The position numbers were made by a program, and so were the translations under genes. Shown here in pieces: positions 1 through 11,314 of a stretch of 35,080 nt of DNA. The first letter of the stretch is position 1; the number at the start of each line of letters is the position of its first letter. The notes beneath the pieces were generated by a model. That model did not search any database. It saw nothing but the letters and a program-made list of their open reading frames with translations, and was not told the origin of the DNA. The stretch covers positions 6,897,474-6,932,553 of the forward strand of contig NC_057752.1 of NCBI RefSeq assembly GCF_004010195.1, in the 5' to 3' direction. This DNA is from Chiloscyllium plagiosum. Lineage: Eukaryota.

Positions 1-180
1 CCCCCCCCCTCCTCTAGCTTATCTCTCCACGCTTCAGGCTCTCTGCCTTTATTCCTGATGAAGGGCTTTTGCCCGAAACGTCGATTTTGCCTGTCCTCGG
101 ATGCTGCCTGAATTGCTGTGCTCTTCCAGCACCACTGATCCAGAATCTGGTTTCCAGCATCTGCAGTCATTGTTTTTACC
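1..180 (+). mobile_element. Penelope-associated terminal repeat (pLTR-like) fragment
   Basis: Same family as 25541-25748, 28295-28735, 29573-29790, 31176-31260 and 31794-31998; carries a hammerhead core. Confidence 0.75.
52..86 (+). ncRNA. Minimal type-I hammerhead ribozyme motif (family 1)
   Basis: CTGATGA(55-61)-A-GGGC TTTT GCCC-GAAA-CGTC; predicted cleavage after C82. Stem I is weak (about 2 bp). Confidence 0.7.
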
Positions 181-377
181 TACAGCATTCCTCTAACTGC
201 CCATTGTAATCAAAATTTTCTTCCCTGTACATCAAGGGTCAACTGAGGAGAAAAAGAATACTACTAGCTTCTTATACTAATACAAAATTTAAAGAAACAT
301 CTCCTTGCTGATCCTCACACTCTCTCTCACTCTGCAATCTCTCTCTGTCTCTGCAATCTCTCTCCTGTAATAACCTG

Positions 378-1434
378 ATTTGGAGGTGCCACTGTTGCAT
401 TGGGGTGTACAAAGTTAAAAATCACACAACTCCAGGTTATCGTCGAGCAAGTTTATTTGGAAGCAGTAGCTTTCGGAGCGCTGCTCCTTCATCAGGTGGT
501 TGTGGAGTATAAGATTGTAGGACACAGAATTTAAAGCAAAAGTTTACAGTGTGATGTAACTGAAATTATATATTGAAAAAGACCTGGATTGTTTGTTAAG
601 TCTCTCATCTTTAACAGTTGGCATGTTGGTTTTGGTTCTTTCATATGTAAATTCCAGAACTTAAAGTTACATTCTCAAGTGACCTTTAACAATAGGTGTC
701 ATGTTGGCCCAGATAATGCATTGAAGATTTGAGGTGCCTGTGTGAGGCTGTCTGCGCCCCGGTGTTCAGACTGATTCTAATCTAAAAAAAGGGATCAACA
801 AAATCTTACATGGATTCATGCAGTTTTTGAGCAAAATAAAATGTAATTCTGCAAGTACAAATGCACCCCACAATCTTATGGGTGTGTGTGTGTGTGGGGT
901 GAGTATGAGTGTCTGTGAGAAACTGTATGTATGTGTATGAGTGTGAGTGTAAAGGGGTTAAGTCTGTGAGAGGGTGCATGTGAGAGTGTATGTGTGTGTA
1001 TGAGAGAGAGCTTGTATATGAGAGAGGGTCTGAGTGAGTGTATGGGTCTGTAGGTGTGTGTGTCTATATATTTGTGAGTGTGTGTCTGTGTGTAGTGCAG
1101 TGGAGTCACCTGTCATGTAACATGAACCCAAGGTCCCGGTTGAGGCCATCCACATGGGTACCGAACTTGGCTATCAGCCTCTGTTTGGCCACTTTGTGTT
1201 GTTACCTGTCCCGAAGTCTGCTTTGAAGACGGTCACCTGAAGGTCCAAGGTTGAATGTCCTGGACCGCTGAAGTGTTCTCCGACTGGGAGGGAACACTTG
1301 TCTGTTGATTGTTGTGCGGTGTCCATTCGTCCGTTGCTGTAGCCTGTGCTCGGTCTCATACGCTGTCTATCTCATACGCTGCAGGCAAGGATGCTCTGAG
1401 GCATGGTACATTGATGAGACCGAGCAGAGGCTAC
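378..1434 (-). mobile_element. Penelope-like retroelement 3' part (GIY-YIG endonuclease remnant, TG-rich tract, pLTR) with inverted 5' piece
   Basis: Minus strand reads CSLPVGEHFSGPGHS and QRLIAKFGTHVDGLNRDLGF; plus strand 1358-1433 reads YAVYLIRCRQGCSEAWYIDETEQRL (GIY-YIG motif). Frameshifted and contains stops. Confidence 0.8.
464..498 (-). ncRNA. Minimal hammerhead ribozyme motif (family 2)
   Basis: Minus strand: cac CTGATGA A GGAGC AGC GCTCC GAAA GCTA ctg. Palindromic AGCT stem III; first stem-I pair mismatched. Confidence 0.6.
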
Positions 1435-2869
1435 CCTACCCCGGACATCATGAGATTTTGCTTTTCACAGTAACCTTTGATGTAGCACTTCATCAAATGC
1501 CTTCTGAAAATCGTATCAACTTACACAGAAAATTCAGCACAGTGGCTGTACCAACACCCCATGGACTGTGGCAATTTGAGTAAGTGACTCATCAGCAGCT
1601 TCTCTGGGGCACATAGCGGCAGAGGCATTGGAGTGAAGGCCACATCTAAATTCTTTTAAAAGCCTCCAGTACTGCAATCCTCCCAGAACTCCAATCATAG
1701 CCTCCATTGTCAAAATTAAACTTTCTTCAATCCACCATTGCCAGCGATGTGGGCCTGAAGGTCTGGAATTTCCTCCCTAAAATACTCCACCATTCTCTTC
1801 AAGATGTTACTGAAAATCTATCACTTTGATCAAGCTTTTTTGACTGAGTAATGTAACTTCCTTTGGCTTGAGTTATCTTGGCACATCATACGTTATATAT
1901 AGTGTTGATATTCCCCAGCTAAAACTAACCCAAAATTAGAAAAAACCTTGAACTTGGGAGAACTGGTCATTCCCCTTTCTTTGTATAAGTGTTTTCCGAA
2001 AAAACTTAAAAGCCTTTTCAAGTAGATATTCCCAGACATATTGGAACCTCTGCCTTTACAATGCCTCTCAGAAAAAAAACAAGGACAGAATAACCTTGTT
2101 AAAGGAGCAGCATCATCACAACAGGTGTCAAATTTGTTGACAACACAAAGACATGCCAGAATGCAAGTTGCAAACAGAATACAAGGAGATTACAGAAAGA
2201 TATAAAAATGAGTGGGCAAAGATGTGGCAAGTGAAGAATAACTTGGAAAAATGTGTATTTTTCCATTTTGGCAAGAATAACAAAATCAGATCATCTATAT
2301 GGTGAAAGATTGCAGAGTTCTGACATGCAGATGCAATCTGGATGGCCCCATGCATTAATCACAGCAGGGTAGTTTGTAGATATAGCATCCACTTGCTAAT
2401 CAATCAGCATCCTCCTCTCATACCATATGAAATGTCAGTTTTCACTTTGAATTAGTATTCTTACAAACTGCATTGATGAGGACAATACAAAAAGCTTTGA
2501 CAAAATGTATTTTTTCCAGCAATACTTGAGTTCTTCAGTATTAGAAGATGAAACAGTTTAAGTTTTCATTCCTATAGTATATTATGGTTTAATCATGTAA
2601 AAGTCATATTATACTTGAATAGCCTAAGAAAAAAAAATTACTTTTAATTTTTCTAAAGGAAAATATCCAAACATTTCTCCATATCTTACACATGAAACCA
2701 ACTCATGCTCATCTTCAACTTTGATGATTTCAAGTTTTGCTGTATGTATTTCTTTCTTGGCCTCGCCAACTTCTGACTTCAAATGGAACTCCTACATTGT
2801 TAAAGCTGCCTCCAAGATAGAGACAGCATATTGTGTACTAAAGAGATATAGATGTGAGTTAAACACTAA

Positions 2870-3000
2870 ACAAAAATAAAGAACTTCAGATGCTGGAAAT
2901 CAGAAACAAACAGAAATTGTTAGGAAAACTCAACAAGTCTGCCAGCATCTGTGGAGAGAGAAACAGAGTTAACCTTTCGGGTCCAGTAGCCCTTCTTCAT
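2870..3000 (-). mobile_element. Penelope-associated repeat (family 3) with decayed hammerhead
   Basis: Minus strand aTGAAGA AGGG ctactgga CCC GAAAggtt; body similar to 10910-11021. Confidence 0.55.
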
Positions 3001-3029
3001 GCATGTTTGTTTATTGTTGTCACATGTTG

Positions 3030-3140
3030 ATATTTTCTAATCACCCCATTAAGAGATGTTATCACAAACTTCTGGAGCAGGTGGGACTTGAACCCAGGCC
3101 TCTTGGCTCAGAGATAGGGACACTACCACCATGCTACAAG
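3030..3140 (-). mobile_element. Short tRNA-derived SINE, solitary copy of the 20707-22088 unit
   Basis: Reverse complement has tagtgtccctatctctgagcc, B box GGTTCAAGTCC and the gattagaaaatat tail. Confidence 0.75.
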
Positions 3141-5469
3141 CATGCTTGCTATTACGTTATTTAATTATTAGCACAGGTTCTAGTCGCACACATTCATACT
3201 TATACAGCAAATGTTATTTTAACTGGCACTTGATAAACTGGCCAAAATTATATACCTCAAATACTGTCCAATTATGATATTTTTAAAACTTTATTTACCT
3301 CAGTATAAGCATGCTTGTTGTTCAATTGAATGACCACATGAAATATCAACAGTTGATTCAATTTCAAGTCAATTTCTCCTCAAGTACCGTGATATCCAAG
3401 TCGTCGGATGAGGGTGCAAGTGAGAAGGCCCTCTGCCAGTAAGTTTTGTTTAAGGCAAAGTTGCGTTATTATTTAAACTCCCTTGGAAGTTTCAAACAAG
3501 AATACACCTGAAGTCTGAAATGGTCAAATTCACAACGCATTACACTTTTCAAAATTGTTTCAGAAAATGCTAGCATGATTGGTAAAGACAGCATGTGTTG
3601 TTTATCCCTAATTGCTCTGGAGAATGTGGTATTGAGCCACGTTCTTGAATCCTGCAGTCCGTGGGGAGGTACCACAGAGTGATCAGGAAAGGTTCAAGAT
3701 ATGTGGCTTAGAGGGTAACTTACAGGTGGCAGTATTTCCACACGTTTGCTGCTCTCCTCCTTCTAAGTGGCAGAAGTCATGGGCTTGGAAGGTGCTGTGG
3801 AAGGGGTTTAGTATCTCATATAAAATACACACTGTCGCTTAGTACTGGTAAATAGATAGTGAATATTTAAGGTGACATATGGGGTGTCGATCAAGTGGGT
3901 TGCTTTGACTTAGATAGTGTTGAGCTTCTTGAAGTTTGTTAGGACCACACTTATCCAGACAGGTGCAGAGCATTCCATCACACATATTGTGTTTATCCTT
4001 AAAGCCTTTCCCCATACCAGAAATGGTTTCCTTGGAAGCACAACTCCCAGGACAGATGACCAACTTGTCAGTGTACTGATCCTCAAACTGAAAGCATGCA
4101 AATTGCAAACTCTAAATTAATGTAATTAATAAATAAATTTAATAAATCAGAACCAAGACAGAATATAATTTACAAAACATAATGTACAAGAGTATTAAAA
4201 GAAAATCAAAGTCCTTCTTTTCCTCCAAACACAGAGCTCAAACAATGAATAGCTCAGGATGCATGCCTTTTAGCACACTGGTTGAAACTGTAAATGTACA
4301 CGTGGAACTCAGTCTGTACAACAGACATGCTTGGGAAGCAAGTTGGTTGCTTAGAACTTTAAATATTACTGCATTTATATCAATATTTCAAATTTGTAAG
4401 ACCCATGGTCAAAGAGATAAAAATAGTTCTACATCCTTCAACAGTGATCTCCGGATTGCATCAAAGTTAATATTCAAAAATTATTCAGACTGTTTAAAAC
4501 CATTGCAAACTTGACTTCTTTTCAACCTTATTTTTAATATCTTTTACAATTAAGAATTGGACTATCAAAAAATTCAGTCTCTTTATACACAGTACAGTTC
4601 TTGCATTTATTAATCTGTAGGCATCCATACTAGAAATACTACAGATTTGTTACGTACTTTACTGGAAGTTGTTCAACTGTGATTTTTCCCAGTAATTACA
4701 AACTAGGCATCACAAAAACTGGGTCACGTTTACAGCATAGGACCAGGAAGTTAGATTAATCTCATCATGGAACTGATGATTTTGTACAAATTTGGAAAAA
4801 CAGAATTTTTACTGACTAATCCATAATTTTAACATTCCAGTCACTAAAACAGCGTCAGCTGAGGAGTTTGGTAGACATTTCGAACATTACCAAACCCCAC
4901 AAGCATAAAACAAAGAATTGTTCGGTTTTTGGTTTTTATTCTTCTTTGTCTGGTTGGGGTATTCTTCCTGGCAGTAGTGATAAAGAGAACCACCGACCAG
5001 TGATAATATTCTGGAGGTACAGGAATTCAGATCACTGCATTTTCAATGGCTGCCATAGAGCAGTTGCAAGCAGCTTTGGCCAGATTTCACTGTGCAATTC
5101 ATTGGTTGAATCACAGGGACTTCAATGGCAATTTGAGTGATGAACCTGTGCTGGCTGATGGGGAATATTTTGTGGATACATAAAACACATTCTCACCTTA
5201 ATCTTTGCGAACAACAGCAAGGTCTAAGCGATAGTTCTGTTACTAGTGAGCAATTTGGTAAGTTCCTCACTCATTTTGTGTTGCAAACATTCAGTCCAGA
5301 GTTCTCAATCTTTGGCATTACTTATTTCATAGCCCCATGGGTGGCTATTAAAGTCAGAGATAATATCAAGTTTGAATAAATGCACTTCGAAACACTGGCT
5401 TTGGCCATGTCAAATCTAGGACATTTTTGGAAATAGCAATCTTTAGCTCTTGCAGCTGAATCGCACTGG

Positions 5470-5820
5470 TCTAACATTGAGTATAGGAGTTGAGAGTCAT
5501 GCTGCGGCTGTACAGGACTTTGGTTAGGCCACTTTTGGAATATTGCGTGCAATTCTGGTCTCCTTCCTATCGGAACGATGTTGTGAAACTTGAAAGGGTT
5601 CAGAAAAGATTTACAAGGCTGTTGGCAGGGTTTGAACTATAGGGAGAGGCTAAATAGGCTGGGGCTGTTTTCCCTGGAGCATTGGAAGCTGGTGAGTGAC
5701 CTGGTTTAGAGGAGTATGGGCCAAATGCTGACAAATGGGACTAGATTAGGTTAGAATATCTGGTCAACCTGGACAAGTTGGACCAAGAGGTCTATTTCAA
5801 TGCTGTACATCGCTATGACT
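5470..5820 (+). mobile_element. CR1-type LINE 3' fragment
   Basis: Translates to LYRTLVRPLLEYCVQFWSP...LERVQKRFTR, followed by a 3' tail shared with 10040-10477. Confidence 0.8.
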
Positions 5821-5989
5821 CAAAGTAGCTTCTTCAACTGTGGTGAAGGAAAATATAACAAAATTCACGATGCTTTCTTCACACATTCCACATTCCCAAG
5901 CCACATTTTGGGTGGCAGTACTTATTCATGAGGCAGCCCCCACAGGTACAGTAATGGTTAGCATGTTGGCCATTTGAGTGTGATAGTAA

Positions 5990-8340
5990 TGGAACTGTGT
6001 CTTTGAACATGCAAGTATCTCAAAACAAAAATCACAGAATTGAGGGACTTTCCCAGGTGTTGGTGAGCCCTTGTCCCAAAACTTCTGGCAGTTTGCTTGG
6101 AGAACCAGACTACTATGGTTGCTTCTCTCAAGATAGCAAGATTGTTAAATCAATGTTCAGTTGCCAGGACAATGACATCAGTTGTGATTTCTCACTTAAT
6201 AGAGTGAGCCACGTGAAGGCTGCCATCTTCCACTCCAAATGACTGACTGGCAAAACTTTACATTAATATGTCAAATCTAGAAGCATCCCAAAAGTACAGC
6301 AAGAGACAATGGTCATTGGGAAATTGTTGTGAAGTTGAAGGCATGTACTGTTCCTTTATGTGAGAGAGTGAAAGCTGGCAAACACCTGTGATGTCACAGA
6401 GCATACTGGACACTTTGAAGATGTAACATTTGGGCTGTAACTTCGAGCGCTGTAACGGTACAGAGTTGTTTTCACAGCAGTTTGAATTTAACCAGTTTAA
6501 ATTATGCCCCAAGATACTAAAACCCGATCGAAGTTGAATTTTACTGTTTTGACAACATCAAACTAATGAGATGATCTGATGCTTTGGGGTATAAAAAGCA
6601 GGCATTTTGTACAGTTAGCCAGAGAAAGAGCACCTTCTGCCCTCAGACTGCCCACAAACCCTCTCTAAAAATGTACCTTTTTCATATGGAACATCTGTGC
6701 AGCAGAAGACCAAAGATGACCCAGGAGATGTACAAACAGAGGAAGTTTGACACCCGAAGACGACAACCGTGGTCTGGTTTTGAAAACTGATTTTCTATAA
6801 ATTTAATGGGGACTTTATTGGATCAGTATATTGTTATAGAGTGGGAGGTAGATAACAAATCTTTCAGAGAGAGGAGGCTTAGAGTCGTAAATAGTTGTTG
6901 TTTAGTGTTCTCTTTTGGAGGTAAAGAATAAAATTGTAATTTTTTTCTTTAAATAGTGGAATTTGGGTAGTTCTCTGTCACTCACACTTTAACAGATTAC
7001 AAGGTGAGATGAGTTTTTTTGTCTGTTTGGTTTAAATTAGCAGAAGGGTTTACCCAGTGTCCTGGGTAATCCCAAAAGTATAGCAAGAGACAATGGTCAT
7101 TGGGAAAACTGACCTATGACCCAGGAAGCTTGACGTCAATATTACTGATGCACAGGACATACTAAATTTTTGAATGCATCATCATCTGGCGAATCAGTCA
7201 TCAAGTGAATGAACCTCAAAGAACAAATAAATTCCAGCCAAAGTGCAGCTGTTGTGGCAAGATTTTGCCATTGCAGAACACACAGACTCAATTCCAGAAG
7301 AAAGCCAAAGACTGGCACAGCCTTTGTAGATCAGTCCTTGGTCTAAAGGACTGATGCTGAAAATCACAAAGGTCATTCCCTGCCTGAAAAAACAATGTGT
7401 GCTTGGGAAAATAAGAAATAGATAGCTAAGTGATCACTTGCGTGACAAAGTAAACTTCTACAGCTCCTCAACAAGGCTCATTACTTGTACTGATGTTCTT
7501 CAAGATTTAGACCACGAACATGCTACCAATGAAGTTGTGCAATTTGCATATGCAGATGATCTTGCCTTGCAAACAGCCTTCATGAACATCAAATCGACCT
7601 TGGATGGAATGTAAATTCTAATGGAACAATATTCCCAGAATTGGAATCTCAAATCAAATCTGGACAAAACCAGTTCCTGGATTTCATCACGACAACAGGA
7701 ACACTAAGCACACCCCAAAAATTGATCTTCTTTGCCAATATTGTGCAACATGATCTTGCACTTACATATTGTGGAGTGAAGTTGGACCATACGCCTAAAG
7801 AAGGTAGCCACTAATACAAAGATAAGGATGAACCTGTTTTTGAACATGGCAAGCACAAGCTGAAGAGCAATCAGCAGGATTGCACTGGACATCACAGATG
7901 GCTTTCAAGTACTATGGATCAGTACAGACCAGAAGTTGCCACACAGATCCAACTGAATAATGCAACGCAAGACTGAAACCCTCAGGTTGACTCAGAAGTC
8001 CCTTTGTAGTTCTACATCTCTCCATTCATTAGCTGCAATGCTAGAAAGTCCAAATAGAGTAAAATGAACATCTGTCCACCAACACACCAATAATATCCAT
8101 TAAAATTGCACAAGTTCCTTTGGACCCACATGCTTAATTTTTCCAGCAGTGTAACTTTAGTAATGAAAAGTTTACACAGTCAGATTGAACTATCAGAAAG
8201 AAAGAAACATCTTGGGAAAGATCAATTCATGTGAAAAACTAAACCATATTTGCACAAAACATGGCAGATTAGGATAACTGATACACAAACAGAAAGTTAC
8301 AAACTTGTCAATGTGTAATTATAGTCACCTGAAATTGACC
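5990..8340 (+). mobile_element. Old Ingi/Vingi-like LINE remnant, interrupted by an LTR-like insert
   Basis: IEGLS endonuclease-start motif near 6040, QFAYADDLAL RT motif near 7540-7570 and GVKLDHT near 7775. Heavily decayed; clade assigned from motif recall. Confidence 0.5.
6325..7060 (+). mobile_element. Solo LTR-like element
   Basis: Starts TGTT, with TATAAAAA near 6590 and AATAAA near 6927. Related copy on the minus strand at about 24380-24906 and a 3' piece at about 25200-25275. Confidence 0.6.
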
Positions 8341-8737
8341 ATGGAACACTGATTCAAATTTCCCAGGCTTAATGATCTGAGAACAAAATTATCTTTGCTG
8401 CTTACAGCTGCGTCAGCCATAACATTGCTGATATCAGTCATCCACCATGGGAAAATCACCAAGTGGAAGTTGGAGACATACCCACTGAATGAACAACATC
8501 AGCCTCAGTACACTGTGCAGCTTTTACTGGCTGGATTTAAAGTAGCCTGGAAATCTTACCCAACCACTGACGTTTAATAAACACAAAGCTTGAGGGAAAA
8601 CAGAGGCAATAAGCCAAGGAGGGTAAAAGAAGATTCTAGATGGAGACTTACTCAAAACAGAAATCAGGCACCAAAATCGGTTCAGGTTTCAAACTCAGTC
8701 CTATACTAAAATGGAACTTTGGTGCAAGTCATTACAG

Positions 8738-9013
8738 GGACAGCACAGTGGCTCAGTGGTTAACACTGCTGCTTCACATTGCCAGGGACCTGGGTTTGTT
8801 TCCAGTCTTGGGCGACTGTGTGGAGTTTGCACATTCTCAGTGTCTGTGGGGTTTCCTCCCACAGTCCAAAGATGTGCAGGTAAGGTGGATTGGCCATTCT
8901 AAATTGCCGTGGGAAATACAGGGATAGGGTAGGGGGTTAGAACACTCTTCAGAGAGTTGGTATGGACTCAATGGGCCAAATGGCCTACACCCACACTATA
9001 AGGATTCTATGAT
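8738..9013 (+). mobile_element. HE1/V-SINE-like tRNA-derived SINE
   Basis: A box TGGCTCAGTGG, core tgtggagtttgcacattctc...gggtttcctcc and a CR1-like tail. Confidence 0.8.
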
Positions 9014-9289
9014 TACAGTGTTTTAAAAAAAAAAATTCACTGTGCCTCTTAAATGGAGCTAGATTTTTATTGCGCACCACATTCTTTTCATAATCAGAAG
9101 CTGCACAGCAATACAAAGAGAAAAATAACAATTTTATTTTAATTTGACAAACAAGCTATCAATTCATTAACACTTTAGCATGACAGTGGCTTTGAGCAGT
9201 CACAGATGTCTATATATATATCCCACTTGGATTGACTAGCGTGATCTGAAAACAAACAGAACTTGCGTCCCAATTGCACAACTGAATGG

Positions 9290-9630
9290 TCAGTCACCAG
9301 AGGATACAGATTTAAAGATAATAGTGCAAAAAAAATGAGGGAGGATAATAATTTTTTATTTAAACATGACAAATTACAATCTGGAAGGCTCTGCCTCCAA
9401 GAGTATAGAAGGACATTCAATGGTAACTTTCCAAAGGGAATTGTGTACATACTTGAAAAATGGAAAATTTGCAAAGTGTGTGTGTGTGTGTGTGTGTGTG
9501 TGGGGGGGGGGGGGTGTTGGCGGTGGGAAAGAGAGAGGCAGTAGTACTAACTGAATAGGTCTTTCAAAGAACCACCACAGGCACAGTGGACTGAATGGCA
9601 TCCTTCTATGTTGTAATAGTCTATGAACAA
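9290..9630 (+). mobile_element. Decayed CR1 3' end containing a (TG)n/(G)n microsatellite (9476-9514)
   Basis: Similar to other CR1 tails in the window; simple repeat seen directly. Confidence 0.6.
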
Positions 9631-9789
9631 TCAGCTTGAGAATGAATTCAGCCTCTCTCAGGCTCACTCTTAATAAGTGTTAACAATTTACGAAAATTTC
9701 AAGAAAGGAAAGAATGAATGAACAAACTTGCATTTCATGACCTCAATAAACAAATGCTTTGGCCGAAGTATTTTCGGGTGCAGTCAGTG

Positions 9790-10010
9790 TTATAATGTAG
9801 AAAATGGAGCAGCCAATTTGTACACAGCAAAACTTCGCAAATAGCAATGTAGGATTGACTAGATAATCGGTTTCAGTAAAATGTTGGTCGAGGAATAAAC
9901 ACAAGCTAGGACGTCTCAGCTCTTTTTTGGTAGTGCCAGTTGATCTTTTATATTCACTTGAAAGAGGCAAGTCAGGGTTTCAGTCTAGCATCGCATCCAA
10001 AAGATAGCTG
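9790..10010 (-). mobile_element. DeuSINE (SacSINE1/AmnSINE1-like) remnant
   Basis: Resembles the reverse of the Deu domain; related pieces near 22130-22200 (-) and 31530-31610 (+, gatgtaaaagatcccat). Recognised from memory only. Confidence 0.45.
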
Positions 10011-10039
10011 CTTTAGTCTCAATCATTCTTCTTTTAAAC

Positions 10040-10477
10040 GTTGCCAGGGTTGGAGGATTTGATCTATAGGGAGCGGCTGAACAGGCTGGGGCTGTTTCCC
10101 CTGGAGCGGAGGTGGAGGGGTGACCTTATAGAGGTTTATAAAATCATGAGAGGCATGGATAGGATAAATAGACAAGGTCTTTTCCCTGAGGTAGGGGAGT
10201 CCTGAATGAGAGGGGAAAGATATAAAAGGGATCTAAGGGGCAACTTTTTTCACACAGAGGATGGCACGTGTATGGAATTAACTGCCAGAGGAAGTGGTGG
10301 AAGTTGGTACAATTACAGCATTTAAAAGGCATCTGGATGGGTATATGAATAGGAAGGGTTTAGAGGGATATGGGCCAAGTGCTGGCAAATGGGACTAAAT
10401 TAGGTTAGGATACCTGGTTGGCATGGATGGGTTGGACCGAAGGATCGGTTTCCCTGCTGTACACCTCTAGGACTCTA
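10040..10477 (+). mobile_element. CR1-type LINE 3' end
   Basis: Translates to ERLNRLGLFPLE..GDLIEVYKIMRGMDR, followed by a typical 3' UTR. Confidence 0.85.
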
Positions 10478-10565
10478 AATGAGCTGCTTAAAAAAGGGAC
10501 TATGCAGCAATAAAGATCACAAAATGGAAAAAATAGTTTAAGAAAAGCAATTCAGAGTTACACTT

Positions 10566-10629
10566 GTTTAGCGCCACACACGTTTAGCGCCACACACGTT
10601 TAGCGCCACACACGTTTAGCGCCACACAC
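10566..10629. repeat. Minisatellite, 4 perfect copies of GTTTAGCGCCACACAC
   Basis: 16-bp units start at 10566, 10582, 10598 and 10614; no spacers. Confidence 0.95.
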
Positions 10630-10652
10630 GGCCTTTGGACACTCAAAAGCAC

Positions 10653-10658
10653 TTTATT
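10653..10658 (-). terminator. Candidate SUOX polyadenylation signal AATAAA
   Basis: tttatt on the + strand, about 660 nt after the stop codon, followed on the minus strand by GT-rich sequence. Confidence 0.55.
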
Positions 10659-11314
10659 GCCAATGAATCCCATTTGAAGTGAAATCACTTGTGTTTTTAA
10701 ACTTCTTGCAGGTCTTAAAATTCTACAGCTAAATATTTTGAAATTTTGTTCTCCAAGCAACAAGTCATGGTCACTTTATGACAGTATATTATGTCATGCC
10801 CAAACAAAAATGAGAAAATTGATTCAAATACAAAATAGAAGCCACTACATTGGTGTTTTTTTTTTTAAGCCATGTCTGGAAATGCCTAAACAACAAAAAA
10901 AAAGAATGGCAGAGGCTAGAAATCACAAACAAAAACAGAAATTGTTAGGAAAGCACAGTAGGTCTGGCAGTATTCATGCAGAGGTAACGTGACCTGAACC
11001 CAGCAATTTCTGTTTTTGTTTCTACAAAATCTCTAGATGCATCTCTGAACATTAATCTGCTCTAGACTTGTCATTCAGAGGTTTTGTTCTTTTGAAAAAA
11101 GAAAATCCAAATTAATCAAATAAACGCAATCAGCAATGAAGGCATTCACTAAGAATTTTGAATAGAGAAATACTGAGCTCAGTAATTCAAATAGAGTGGC
11201 TTAAGAGAACTTGACTGTATATATAGTTAATGCGATGACATCAAGAACTATCCCACAGGGCAACTGTATATAGCCAAACATTCTTCTGTAATCAGAGATA
11301 TTCAGATCCAGATT

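Noticed and set aside
876..1226. His/Thr-rich and Val/Cys-rich ORFs
   Set aside because: Translations of the (TG)-rich tract inside a Penelope element.
2470..2505. Fourth hammerhead family (ttgatgag...aaaagctt)
   Set aside because: Core mutated and stem II unpaired; too decayed to call.
10566..10629. CRISPR-like array
   Set aside because: Contiguous 16-bp units with no spacers, no cas genes and a eukaryotic context.
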